Source: Heptranchias perlo (lineage: Eukaryota). Taken from it: a stretch of DNA of 64,000 bases. Each line of letters begins with the position of its first letter. The first letter of the stretch is position 1. The position numbers and the translations under genes were made by a program. The notes below the pieces were generated by a model. It did no database searches. It was given only the letters and a program-made list of their open reading frames with translations, and was not told the origin of the DNA. The stretch lies in assembly GCF_035084215.1 (NCBI RefSeq), contig NC_090356.1, positions 18,786,001 through 18,850,000 on the forward strand, written 5' to 3'. This document shows, piece after piece, positions 48,955 to 60,180 of the stretch.

Positions 48955-49280
48955 AGGTGCCAGATTCGATTCCTGATCTGTGCTGAATTAGCTGCTCTCA
49001 GAGCGGGTATCAGTAGGGGTGCTACACTGTCCCTTGAGTTAAGGAAAAGAAACATCAGCGGATTCCTGCTCCTGATCACTATTCAGTGACCCCTGCTGGA
49101 AAGTACATGTATCAATGTCAGTGAGGACGGGATCGGACTCGGCTGGGATGCCTTCTGTAGTCAAATAGCCTGCATCACTCGCTGACCGGGTGACTCGTGG
49201 GCCAGGTATGGATGGACATCTGGAAACCATGAGACAACACCCCAGTATAAGCCAGCACTTTCATGCGAGGAGGAGAAAAC
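48955..49280 (+). mobile_element. Family-X SINE
   Basis: gattcgattcctgatctgtgctgaattagctg...cctgctcctgatcactattcagtgacccctgctggaaag. Confidence 0.72.
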
Positions 49281-49363
49281 TGGTACTTGTCATGTTTCAT
49301 ATTAATATTGTAGATGTAATTTTAGTTTAATCAAAACTATTTCCAACCCATTTTTATTTTCAG

Positions 49364-49538
49364 AACGTAAGGAAGAAGGAAAATTCATCAACTAAGCCTC
49401 GTGTAACAGGTAGTGCTGGTGGAATAGGTCTACTCCCACCTCCTCCAGGGGCTAAAGCCCCAATACTGCTCGCACCGCCTGGGTCACAGGGCGTGCAGGT
49501 TCCAGTGACGCAACAGCCTACGGAGCCACTTGCTGCAG
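49364..49538 (+). CDS. NECAP2: NECAP2 exon 6 (proline-rich region)
   Basis: tttcag|AAC acceptor and CAG|gtatag donor, 175 nt. Translates NVRKKENSSTKPRVTGSAGGIGLLPPPPGAK. Confidence 0.92.
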
Positions 49539-50094
49539 GTATAGTGCTACGACAGGAAGATGGGGGTTTCACCGTGGTCTTGTTATTCATTTTCCCTCTT
49601 TTGATGTAAGAATCTTAAACAAAAAAAGGGACGAACAGTTGTTACGTGTTGGGTTCTTCTGACTTGGAGCTAGAATCTATGAGCAGCTGTAATTGACCTC
49701 TGTTTGACTACCGGAGTTTATAAGCGGCTACAATTGCCTGGATTTGTCTATTTAGACAACTTCCCCAAAGGGAGCACTTGAGCGGTAGCTTTAAAGGAAC
49801 AAGCCAGATTAAGCACTGTTCCATCTTAGCTGCTGAACGTCACAGATGCTTTATAGACTATGTGTTAGTAATGGTTATACTCAAAAGTTGGGGTCAGTTG
49901 TGCCCAATTTGTTAATAGATTTTTTTTAATGACCATAGTCTTATAGATCCACCCTGAACTATCTGTGCTTGCTGGCTTCATTCATAAATCTGATGTGTAC
50001 TATCTCTGTGAATACAGATTTCATTAATTAGTTTGGTTCATATAATTTTGGGTAGTGCTTGCTGGTTTCATTGATAAATCCATAATTTTTGCAG

Positions 50095-50191
50095 AATTAC
50101 TCGGAGGCTTTAACGCCCCTAATCAGTCTCCCCTTCCGGCTTCTCATGCTGCCACAACTGATCTGTGGGGAGACTTTGCAACGGCACCCAG
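50095..50191 (+). CDS. NECAP2: NECAP2 exon 7 (WGDF adaptor-binding motif)
   Basis: ttgcag|AA acceptor and AG|gttagt donor, 97 nt. Translates ELLGGFNAPNQSPLPASHAATTDLWGDFATAP. Confidence 0.88.
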
Positions 50192-51144
50192 GTTAGTGAG
50201 ACATCCTCTGTAAATCTCACACCAGTATTGGTCAAATGGAGAAATCAAATGATGTAATAAGTACAAAATAATAAGTATTTATCTAAATCGAGAGCTTTGG
50301 CTGTGTTAACTCTCAATACAGGAAATAGACAGCACAATTACCAAGGGTTTTACATTAAACAATTAGAGTGAGGTACTAGATGGGGAGCTCACAATTCAAT
50401 ACTGGTAGCAAAATATCTCAGAATGCCGATAGACCTATTACAGTGTCAGTGTGCGTCAAAGATGTTACACAAATCTGTTATTACATTCATTTTTGCATGT
50501 GTATTTTCACTTCAACGGTTTTACACATTCTACAAAATGGCTACTCAAAGCTGTTGAAAAACAATTGGAAGGGAAATGGAAAGGGTTACAAACCTCAAAT
50601 AAGGTTAAGAGATTAGAAAAACTTTTGTTCCTAAAAGATAGTTGTCATGCGCAACAGACTCTGAGAAGGTAGTTTATTTGGGGTTATTTGGTAGCTTTCA
50701 AAGGAGCTGGATCGATATGTTAGGAAGGAGGATTGAGGATTAAAGAAATATTAACGAGTGCTTGATTTTTTTTTTCAGGGGATACATGGAAAAGGTCTTG
50801 GATCTGTTCTTTAAAGTAGGGTGGTAGCAGAGAGGGAAAGAGAGTCCATGATAGATTAATCATACGTGGATTCTGGATGAAGTGGGCTTGATGGGCTGAA
50901 TGGCCTTATCTTGCTAGAGACTTAAAATAAGTCTTAAAATAATTCTAATATAGTTCATTTTGGGGCTCTGTTGTGCAGTGGTTTGGCAGTCTGTCCTTTC
51001 ACCTCTGGGACCTGTTCTGTTGAGATGGAAGTGTTCTCTGTTTGTCACTGGGATGGTACAGGAATTTTAAAATTAATTTTAAATAATTTTTAAAAATGTT
51101 GTACAAAATGACTTCTGATAACTTTAACTTTCTTGTTTCTTCAG

Positions 51145-51193
51145 CTCTGCTACAAGCCAAGTGGCCCAGAGCGCCAATTGGGTTCAGTTTTGA
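51145..51193 (+). CDS. NECAP2: NECAP2 exon 8, coding part (C-terminal WVQF motif, stop)
   Basis: ttcag|C acceptor. Translates SATSQVAQSANWVQF*. Joined CDS is 810 nt, 269 aa. Confidence 0.95.
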
Positions 51194-52128
51194 CATGGGG
51201 CATCTTTCTGTTTTCTCCTTTTGAAATTGCGAACCTGAGAGACCATGATTGACGCTTCCTTTCTGATGAGATTCTTGGAGATGGAAGCTGCTAGGAGTCC
51301 ATGGTGTCAGAACCAGCAGGATTGTGGACTCTCAGGCTGTAGCCTTGGAACTTTTCATTTCCATTAATAGTGCATCTGTACCAGAACATCTATCCCATTC
51401 CTGTAACCACGGAGTTCCTGAGAGCCCGGACATGCATCACCATGTAACCATGGTGCTTTTGCTTCACGGTGATTGGACTCCGTTTCATAAAGGTCAATGG
51501 GACACACATGCATATCAAAAAGGAGTTATCATGTTTTTGAATTTTTTTTACGCAGGAGTATAATGTGTAATAATGGTCTTAACTCTGAAGCGTTCCTTAA
51601 ACACATCAAACTGTTTCACACAGACACTGTATTCAGTAGATTTCCATTCCATATGTGATAATCTATTATAACAGCTTGTGGGGGGGGGGGGGGGGGGAGA
51701 AAGAGTACTGTAAAGAACTGATTTGTACTTAAAGGACAAAGCACTATGATTCACTGAAGTCCTACGGAATCACATGCCGCACGAGGAAACAGGCCTGTGT
51801 CATGTTTCTTCCAAGTGGTGGTTTTCTAATCGGCGACAGGTTAATGCGGGTGGTGATGGACGTGGTGACCGGTAGCAGAAGACTGGGCTTTTAAATACTG
51901 TCTGCATTTCTTTCCAAAATATTTGTCTGCTTTGGCCAGTGACCTTTAACTTTTGGGCTGACCTGTGAACTATTTGTGTCTGTAAATAAGAGTTTGTCTA
52001 TTTCAGTATTTATACAGATGGGGGGAAGGGGGTATGTTGCATCTGTGGGGGGAAAACAAATTGGGAGCTGTTAATGTTAACACTGGGTTAAAATCAGGGA
52101 ATTTCTTTAGAGTTGGAAGAATGTTCCA

Positions 52129-52180
52129 AATAAAAATGTCTATTGAAATTATTTGTGTTTGGATGTTTTGAGTTTTTGTG
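52129..52180 (+). terminator. Probable NECAP2 polyadenylation signal with GU/U-rich downstream element
   Basis: AATAAA at 52129-52134 followed by atttgtgtttggatgttttgagtttttgtg, about 0.95 kb after the stop. Confidence 0.65.
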
Positions 52181-52199
52181 CTATCCGAGTGGCTCACAA

Positions 52200-52510
52200 C
52201 CAGTCACTGTTATGTCGGCAAACACAGCAGCTGATTTGCACACGAGTGGATCCCACAAGCAGCAATGAGTTGAATGACCAACGACTTTTTTTCGGGTGTT
52301 GGTTGAGGAAGGAACGTTGCCTGGGGCATCAGGAGAACTCCCCCCTCTTTGAATGATGCCATGGGACCTTTTGTGCCCAATGGAACAGACAGCCCTCGCT
52401 ACTGGAATGGAGTGTCAGCCTAGATGATGTGCTTAAGTTCAGGAGTGGGGCTTGAACCCGTTACGTTCTGACTCCGAGCCAAATTTGTTACTAATTGAGC
52501 TAGGCTGACA
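52200..52510 (-). mobile_element. Deu-domain SINE, degraded
   Basis: tcccacaagcagcaatgag...gccatgggacc...gagtgtcagcctagat...ggagtggggcttgaaccc. Confidence 0.7.
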
Positions 52511-53909
52511 TGTAGAAAAACAATACTCCAAAGGGAATAGGTGACCCCTTGGGTTTCATTAATGAAAAGAGGTACAATAACCTGCACAGGTGAAAGGAGG
52601 AATTCAGCTATCACCGTGGTGACGAGCCTCTCACTGAAGGGTTTGTTTACCAGTACATTAAAGCCAGATGACTATTACAGCAATTGTTCCCAAATTTCAG
52701 AGTGTTGTTTAAGCAAGAGCTGAATTATTGTTTGTTAGCGTCTAGGGGCGGAGTTTGCTATTGGTTACCTGGCACCACAACTACAGAACAAAGACCGTAT
52801 CTCTGGCCAAGTCTGTCTCCCACACTGGCTCAGGTAACCAGTTTGAATAAAAGAGAGGAATTCTACAGCAAGCCCCGCCCCAGGGACGCTGAGAGAATTC
52901 CATAACCCAGCATTGACCACGGCAGACACCAGCTAGGGTTCACACACTGCTTGCCTGACTGCTGATGTAGTAAGTACTGACTATTCCTGATTTATGATTA
53001 ACTCATCGACTGCTACTGTAACATTTAACAAGCATTTTCTCTTCTGAATGATATTTTACACATATAAGAACAAAAATGTTATTCAGCTTTGAAATAATTA
53101 ACCTCACATAAACAGAATTCCTAAATGATTTCAAACAGAAGCTGTTTCACTGTGAATCACCTCAAAATCCTAAAGATTATAAGATTACTGGTATGTCCAT
53201 CAGTCCCTGAGGCTAGGGTGTTGGACGAGTTGATACATTTTTCTTTTTGTACCTGTAAAATGATTGATGATGATTTAACTTTTATCCACTTGTGCACTGC
53301 CATGGAAGCAGGTCTGGAATTTATTTCAGAACCACTTGCTCTTTCTCATGTTCAAGACACAATTGTGAAGGTAAAGTGGATTTGATTATTGTTTTATACC
53401 CCAAATTTTGTGCCCAGTTTGTAAACAGTATCTTTTTCAATTTTTGCACCATCCCCCCCCAGCACCCTATTCTTGCAGGGATACAGTTCCATGGATGTCA
53501 TCTGTGAATTTAGACAGTAAGCATGAAGAGAGGGGCATCACTGTGGACTTCAACCCCTGCTTCTCCCAATGTCCAGAAGCACGCGCTTTCTGGAAACGGT
53601 CTGGGACATGAGCCCTGGCTGATTTATCTTTCCCTATTTGCAGCACCCCTTCTGTTGCCCCAGCTGAGATCAGTGATTGAACCTGTGACTTTCCTGTCTC
53701 AATGCCTTGGTACTGAACTGGATGGTGCATTTACCAACTGAGCTATTATGTGAGCTTGTGAACCATATTGAAGATAGATAATCTGAGGTTGGCCTTCTGC
53801 AGAAACTGTACGTTGTGGATCTGGGTGCGATCAATACACAGGCAGTTATAGTCGAGTGTCAGGGACTCCACTTTTTCTTATCCAACGTCAGTCAAACTAG
53901 AACTGATCA

Positions 53910-54340
53910 GCCTTGGCACAGTGGTAGCACTCTTGTCTCTGAATCAGAAGGTTGAGATTTCAAACCCCATTCCTGAGACATGAGTACATAATCTAAGTTT
54001 ACACTTCACGCACTGTTGGTGCCGTCTTTCAGATGAGATGTTAAACAAACCCTATCTGCCCTAATGGGTGGATGTAAGAGATCCCATCACACTATTCAAA
54101 GAAGAGCAGAGGAGTTCTCCTGGTCCCCTGGACAACATTTATCTCAACCAACAAGACTTTAGATTAAAAAAAAAATGTAATTTATGCCTTTACTGTTTGT
54201 GGAGCTTGTGTGCAAAATGGCTGCTATGTTTCCCTACATTACAACAATAACGATGCATTGTAAAAGTAATTAATTGGCTGTGAAGCGTTTTTGGACGTCC
54301 TAGGTTTATGCAAGGTGCTATATAAATGCAAGTTTGTTCT
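53910..54340 (+). mobile_element. Deu-domain SINE
   Basis: tggcacagtggtagcactc head, cagatgagatgttaaac Deu domain, tail ggtgctatataaatgcaag. Confidence 0.8.
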
Positions 54341-55059
54341 TTCTATCTGTATCTAATAATCCCTGCAGTACAGGGTGATAGATGGGTTCCAGTGGGATTT
54401 CAGACCATGGCTCCACTTGATTCTTTTTTTCATTGAGAAGTGTAGGTGAAGAACCAAGGCCTATGGTGCAGGACTGGCCATCATCAAGGCTGATGAGAGT
54501 AGGAGAGAAGATGTGATAAATCAGAAAGTGATTAGATAATACCAAGTTTCAGTTTTAAAAGCCTGTAGATTGTAGGAGGAAGGGTATTAAGGTAAGAAGT
54601 TCCATAGATTTGAGAGCAAACTTCTGAATAGCGGTAACTATTTATAAAATAGAGACAGGAGTGTGATGGAGAGAGAGGTGTTAGGTGATCCTTCTCATTA
54701 CCAGCCTCTATTGGAGACCACAGGGTATTACAAGAATGCACTGACCTTCCCTAAATCTGGTGAGTTGACTAATAACTGTGAGCACAACAAGTGAGAGCAT
54801 TACAGAAGATATTTATCAAAAGTTTGTCCATTTCTATCGATTGTTCTTCAATCTTTCCTTTCTGTGCTGAAGCAGCTGAGTTTACATGGGTCAGTCACAC
54901 CCCGTGACCTTATGCTGAAGTTATGTTGGTATTCACGGCTGCAGGCTGACTGATGTTATATACATTGGTGCAGATATTTGGTTTGTTTTAACAGGATTGA
55001 GGTGGAGGCTTTCTTGTATGGTTTTGAGAAACACAGCAGACATTCAAGCCCAGGAATTG

Positions 55060-55380
55060 GTGCAGAGAGCCTTATCCCGAGTGTATGAGGACCGAATTAT
55101 GAGGAATGACTCGACAAACTTAGGTTTTTTGCCGTTTAATGGAAACCACTGAGAGGTTACCATATACAGTAGATGTATACGAGATAGCAAGCAGTATAAA
55201 AAAGGGAAATTTAGAGCTCTATTTAAAACTGAAACTTGACTGTAGGGGGCGCAGGTTTTAACTGGGAAAAGGCAACTTCTGGACTGATGTCAGCAAGTTC
55301 TTAACAGTGAACAAAACATGGAATAGACTTCTGGGTTAGGTAGTGGAGGAAAATCCCTCCAAACATTTAAGAAGCAGTAA
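55060..55380 (+). mobile_element. Very old CR1 fragment
   Basis: gtgcagagag...ttatgaggaatgact...ggactgatgtcagcaagttc...tggaatagactt follows the CR1 ORF2 C-terminal pattern. Confidence 0.5.
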
Positions 55381-55744
55381 TGGGGGGGTTGGCTTTCTTC
55401 CCCTATTCAGATTTGCTCTGTAAACTAGTTCCTGCCCTTCACGTATTGTATTGAACCCTGGAACAGTTAATTTAAGGCCTAATGCAGTATGAACTCTGAC
55501 ATGGTTTTAAGGAATCTCAATAAAATTAAATATGTTCTCGTTCACTCCGGATGAATCTGCTGTAACCTAAAAAAAAATGCAATACAAAGGAAAAATAAAA
55601 ACATTCAACTGAACGAGACAAACTTAAGATAAAACAAATGTCCCTTTCATTATGTTTTGCATTAATTATGTTTTCGAGTTGATCGATATTTCTCATATTA
55701 GTAGCTTCACCACATTCCGCTCTGATGTATTGGTATTTTTCTGT

Positions 55745-55900
55745 TTTTTTCTCAAAATATACTTTATTCATAAAATTTGCAACAATACATACAATACAGT
55801 TGTCATATCACGTTCCAAATGTACACAATACAGATTTTGCTGTACTTCTGCGATTCTCTAAGATATTGGGCAAAGTGCCCGTGTCCTCCAGCATGGAGCC
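55745..55900 (-). mobile_element. Short 3' terminus of a Tx1-like LINE
   Basis: tttttttctcaaaatatactttattcataaaatttg is nearly identical to the terminus at 56945-56985. Confidence 0.55.
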
Positions 55901-55934
55901 ACTGCAAACCGAGCCCCGTTTAGTATGTTCATGC

Positions 55935-56180
55935 GTGGTGCAAGTTTAGCTGGGGTCAGAGTTTGTCCTTTGAAAGTTTCTAACCCGAATCAGTGAACGG
56001 GTTTAACCTATGTGTACATAGTGCAGAATTAGGCCAGGTCACTGTGTGTATACCATGCAGGTTTATTCCGGGTCACTGTTTGCGTACACCATGCAGATTT
56101 AGCCCGGGTCAGTCTGTGTTTACACGGTGCAGGTTTAGCCGGCATCTGTCCTTGTATACGCTGGTCTGCAGATTGAGCCA
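55935..56180. repeat. About 36-bp degenerate minisatellite
   Basis: tgcag(a/g)tttagcccgggtcactgtgtgtataccat-like unit, about 5-6 copies. Confidence 0.7.
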
Positions 56181-56199
56181 AGCTTTGGCTTAGTTTCGG

Positions 56200-56470
56200 T
56201 TGAAGTTAGCGCCCTCGCAGTTGCTCTGCTTTTGAGTGGCTCCGGAGAGCGGTACTGAGGATCGGAGAAGAAAGCGGCTGGGATTAAAGACAGCAGCAGG
56301 GAGCGGCGACTGACCCCGGGCAGAGTGAGGAGCGCAGCGCCCGGGTGTGGGGAGGTAGGAGGCGGTTTCACAGCACAAAGAACAAAAGGAGCGAAATTGG
56401 TTAGAAAGGATTTAATGCAGATTAACGGGGTGACCTGGAAACAGTAACCAGGAGGCCGGCTCAAACTGAC
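56200..56470 (+). promoter_or_regulatory. Small CpG-rich island; candidate promoter / first exon of a downstream gene
   Basis: Locally high CpG in unique sequence. GAG|gtagga donor-like site near 56354. X-box-like GTGACCTGGAAAC at 56430-56442. Confidence 0.4.
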
Positions 56471-56769
56471 CAGCAGTTGAGTGAACATTTGGGCAGATTT
56501 TTGAAAAGAATTTCCCCCATCTACACTCGCAATTTTAGCGAAATCTCAGCCTGTATGACTCGTGATTTTATTGTTTTAATTCCGGTGACTGGGTCTCGGA
56601 AACAAATCATTTTTGTTAGTAATCCAACTCCTTCCCCCATCGGACGTTTTACTACGTTAACGGTGCTATATAAATGCAAGTTGTTAAATAACTCCTGTCT
56701 TTCTGAAAGTAAAAGCGACAAATATCAACGTTAGACTCCAGTAAATATGACACTTAAATGAAATTTTTA

Positions 56770-56925
56770 AGAAACAAAAGAAAATGCTGGAAATACATAG
56801 CAGGTCAATAGCTTTTGAAAAGAGAAATGACCGGTTTACGATTGGGGTGTAGACCTTTGCCCTGCTTTGTGTTTCCAGCATTTTCTGTTTTTATTTTAGA
56901 TTAACAACATTTGCAACTTTCTTTT
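56770..56925. mobile_element. Penelope-like inverted-pair remnant
   Basis: aaagaaaatgctggaaatac ... gtttccagcattttctgttt inverted repeat. Confidence 0.6.
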
Positions 56926-56944
56926 AGTCTAAGTTTTAAATGTT

Positions 56945-57845
56945 TTTTTTATTTCAAAATAAACTTTATTCATTAAATTTGTAAGGGTACATACACTGCA
57001 ATTCAAGTCAGGCTTCAAAACAATACGATACAGGTCATACAATTTGCAACTTACATAGAATACAAAACAATGGTCCTGGTACAATCAGTAGTTACACAGC
57101 ATACATTGTAAATACGGTTTCATGGCACCCTAGGGTGCCTCATTGCAATACAGTCATTACCGGTTACAGATACAGAACATTTCATTCCGTTCATTTTACA
57201 TTCTGCCCGAGGGTTTTTTCCCCCCGATTCCAGCCCCTCGGTATACAATGGCGGGAGGGCTCTAAATGGTGATCTTTCCCCATAGAGGCTTTGCATAGGT
57301 CGCTTTGCTTTAGTGCGTATCGCAGCACGTATTCCTCAACCTTGGAGTGTGCCAGTCGGCAACACTCGGTTGTGGACAGCTTCTTCACCTGGAAGATCAG
57401 CAGGTTTCAGGCAGACCAAAAGGGCCTCCTTCACTGAGTTGATGGACTTCCAGCTGCAGGTGATATCTGTCTCGATGTGCGTCCCAGGGAACAGCCTGTA
57501 TAGCACAGCGTCCTGTGTTACTGAACTGTTTGGGATGAACCGGGACAGATACCAACGCATCTCTCCCCACACCCTCTGCGCGAAGGGGCAGTCCATCAGG
57601 AGGTGGAAGACAGTCTCGTCCCCGCCACAGCCTCAAGGGCAGCTCGTGGTGGCGCTGAGGTTCCACGTGTGTTGGAAGGACTGGGAGGGGCCTTCTCACC
57701 ACCATCCAGGCTACATCCTGGTTCCTGTTGGTCAGTTTCGGTGACGAGACGTTCTGCTAAATGGCCTCGACTGGTCGGGGAAGGAACCGATCGAGTACAC
57801 CCTCTCAGTTCCTTGCAGGACTCTGAGAACGTTTCGTGTCGACAG
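56945..57845 (-). mobile_element. Tx1 (L1-clade) non-LTR retrotransposon, 5'-truncated
   Basis: Minus strand encodes a zf-RVT-like region (CP*GCGGDETVFHLLMDCPFAQRVWGEM...VLYRLFPG...WKSINSVKEAL), then a 3' UTR ending in AATAAA and an A-run. Confidence 0.85.
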
Positions 57846-58089
57846 GATTTTTAAAAAAATGTTGATTTAGACCAGTATTGCACTGATTTGGTAATGTTGA
57901 CTGATACAGAGCAGACTATAGAGTGTCCTGTCCCTGGAGTAGCTTTCACTTTTTCTCGTGTGACATTGATCCTCAATCTTCCTCTTCTGAGTTTCGAGAA
58001 TACACCCTTCCATGTGTTTGCTGAGCCACCTGGCTCTATCTCTCCACCACTTCACAATCCCACAGCTATCTCTGTGCTGTCATGCTGAC

Positions 58090-58527
58090 TATCCTACATC
58101 AAGTCATGGATGTGTAAAAATGTCCTCCAACTGAACATTCGGAGCGCCAAAGCCCTAGATTTAAGACCCGCATCATCAACTCTGCTCCATTCCCACTGTC
58201 TCCATCCTCCTCCCAGGCTACTTTCTGGGGTTCAGCAAAATGGTGCAAAGCTTCAATGTACTGTTTGACCCAGAGCTTAGCATTGAACTCCGCATCCTAT
58301 CCATCATCAAGCCCGCTTACTTAGAACTCTACATCACCTGCCTCTGCCCCTACCCCACTTCCACTGCTGGCCTCTTTTGTCACCTCTAGACTTAATTTCT
58401 CCAAAGTTCTCTTTGCTAGCCTCACGTTCCCCACCCCCCCCCCCCCCCAACAAGTTCCAGCTTATTCAAAATTCAGCTATGCATATCCCGCCCTATATCA
58501 AGTCCCGTTCTCCCATCACCCCAGTCA
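58090..58527 (+). mobile_element. L2 fragment
   Basis: catcaagtcatggatg...tttgacccagagctt...tcacctctagacttaatttctccaa...tcccatcacccc. Confidence 0.7.
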
Positions 58528-58599
58528 ATGGGGAGAGAGGACAGTCTGGGTAATGTGTCCTGATTTTCCCTGTATGCACTCACTTCCTTTTATCAACCA

Positions 58600-59080
58600 T
58601 CCGAGCAGAGATCAGCAGGGATGCACATGAGTCAAGAGTGAAAGGAACAGAGAGCTTGGGGGGTGGAACAGAGGGTTTGGGGGGGGGGACAGGGGGTTGT
58701 AGGGCTGGAGAGAGGTTACAGAGATTTGATGGGGCGAGGCCATGAAGGGATTTAAACATGAGGATGAGAATTTTAAATTGGAGGCGTTGGGGGACTGGGA
58801 GCCAGTGTAAAACAGCAAGGACAGGTGATGGGTGAGCAGGACTTAGTGCAGGATAGGATATGGGCAGTAGAGTTTTGGACGAGCTGAAGTTTATGGAGGA
58901 TGGAAAGCCGGCCAGAAGAGCATTGGAATAGTTGAGTCTCATTCATGCCTTTTATGAATGAGAGTTTCAGCAGCAGATGGGCTGAGGTAGAGGCGGAGGC
59001 GGGTGATGTTATGGAGGTGGAAGTAGGTGATCTTTGTGATGGAGAGGATAGAGTCGGAAGCTCATCTCAGGATTGGATGG
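58600..59080 (-). mobile_element. L2 fragment
   Basis: RLNYSNALLAGFP...LHWLPVPQRLQFKILILMFKSLHGLAP. Confidence 0.85.
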
Positions 59081-59919
59081 TGAGGTGGCATCCCAGATTT
59101 GATCTCTACTGTGCCACGATTTACTTTCCTCATCGTTTTCAGATGAGGACGGGACAAAATTGGAAACAAAAAAATAAAAACCTTCTAAACTCCCACCTCT
59201 CAGTTTTGGCAGCTCTTTCCTGGTAGAATAATGAGACCTCACAGAGTTCACTATTAAGAGTGGCCTACAATCCAATACAAGGACAAATTATATTATTCGA
59301 CTCAAATAAACTCACCCAGCTACAGATTATTATCAATAGTGCAAGTAATTGATATTTGGCTCCATCCTGTGGCCAACACCAGATACTGTAGCCTCAGATG
59401 TTGAATGATGAGAAACTGGTGGTTTGGTGATTAGTGGAGTGCAGTGTGCTTGTAACACTTTGGTCATGCTGGAAAGTGCTGTGATGAGTCCTGAAGATGT
59501 GTTTCTGTAATTACACTGAATATTCCAGATTTTTAAAATAATTTTTTCCCTTCTTCACTGGCCTGCCGGTTCCTTCCCTCCCCACTGTGCATGATGTACT
59601 ATCTGAAGGCAGCCACAGCTTCAGCTGATGAGGTGTCCTTTTCACTGCCCGCTGGGGTGGAGAGGCTCCTCATCCTTTTGATATGTTTTTCAAAAACATG
59701 GTTGTGACGGGAAACTGGTCGTGTGTAGCAGAATTGTGGACGTGAGCACGTGGCCTAGCAATCCAAGATGTAGTGCCGCGGGGGATACCAGCACCTCACT
59801 TGAGGACTGAGTGCTGCGTCATGTTCAAGGTTCTCATTAGCTGATCCCTCCATAGAAAAGTGAAGAGCAACCATAACTCAGACTGACTTTCTAGTCCCTC
59901 AAATTTCCCCCTTTCTCTA

Positions 59920-60180
59920 CATAGGCACCAGTCAGTTTCTGGTATCTCACCCTAGTAGACAAGCCCAGCTATTGCGTGTCAGTGAGCTACTCATCCACCA
60001 CAGCTAAGCCCAGTCCCATCTTCACCCAACGCCTGAGCACGCACATTTTCCAGTAGAGATTGCCGGGCAGCGATCAGAAGTTTGTTCTTCTCCCTCCCTC
60101 AACTCATGGGCACTGAGGCCAATTGTAGCGTCCACCCCGCTGTTCTGCCTGAGATCAGCTAACTGAGCATCGGCTGGGGT
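59920..60180 (-). mobile_element. Family-X SINE
   Basis: gggcactgaggccaattgtagcg...ctgagatcagctaactgagca. Confidence 0.68.

Noticed and set aside
37319-51193. Assignment as NECAP1
   Set aside because: Residues [22 protein letters not shown] and IEDGNGRR, plus adjacency to SZRD1, fit NECAP2.
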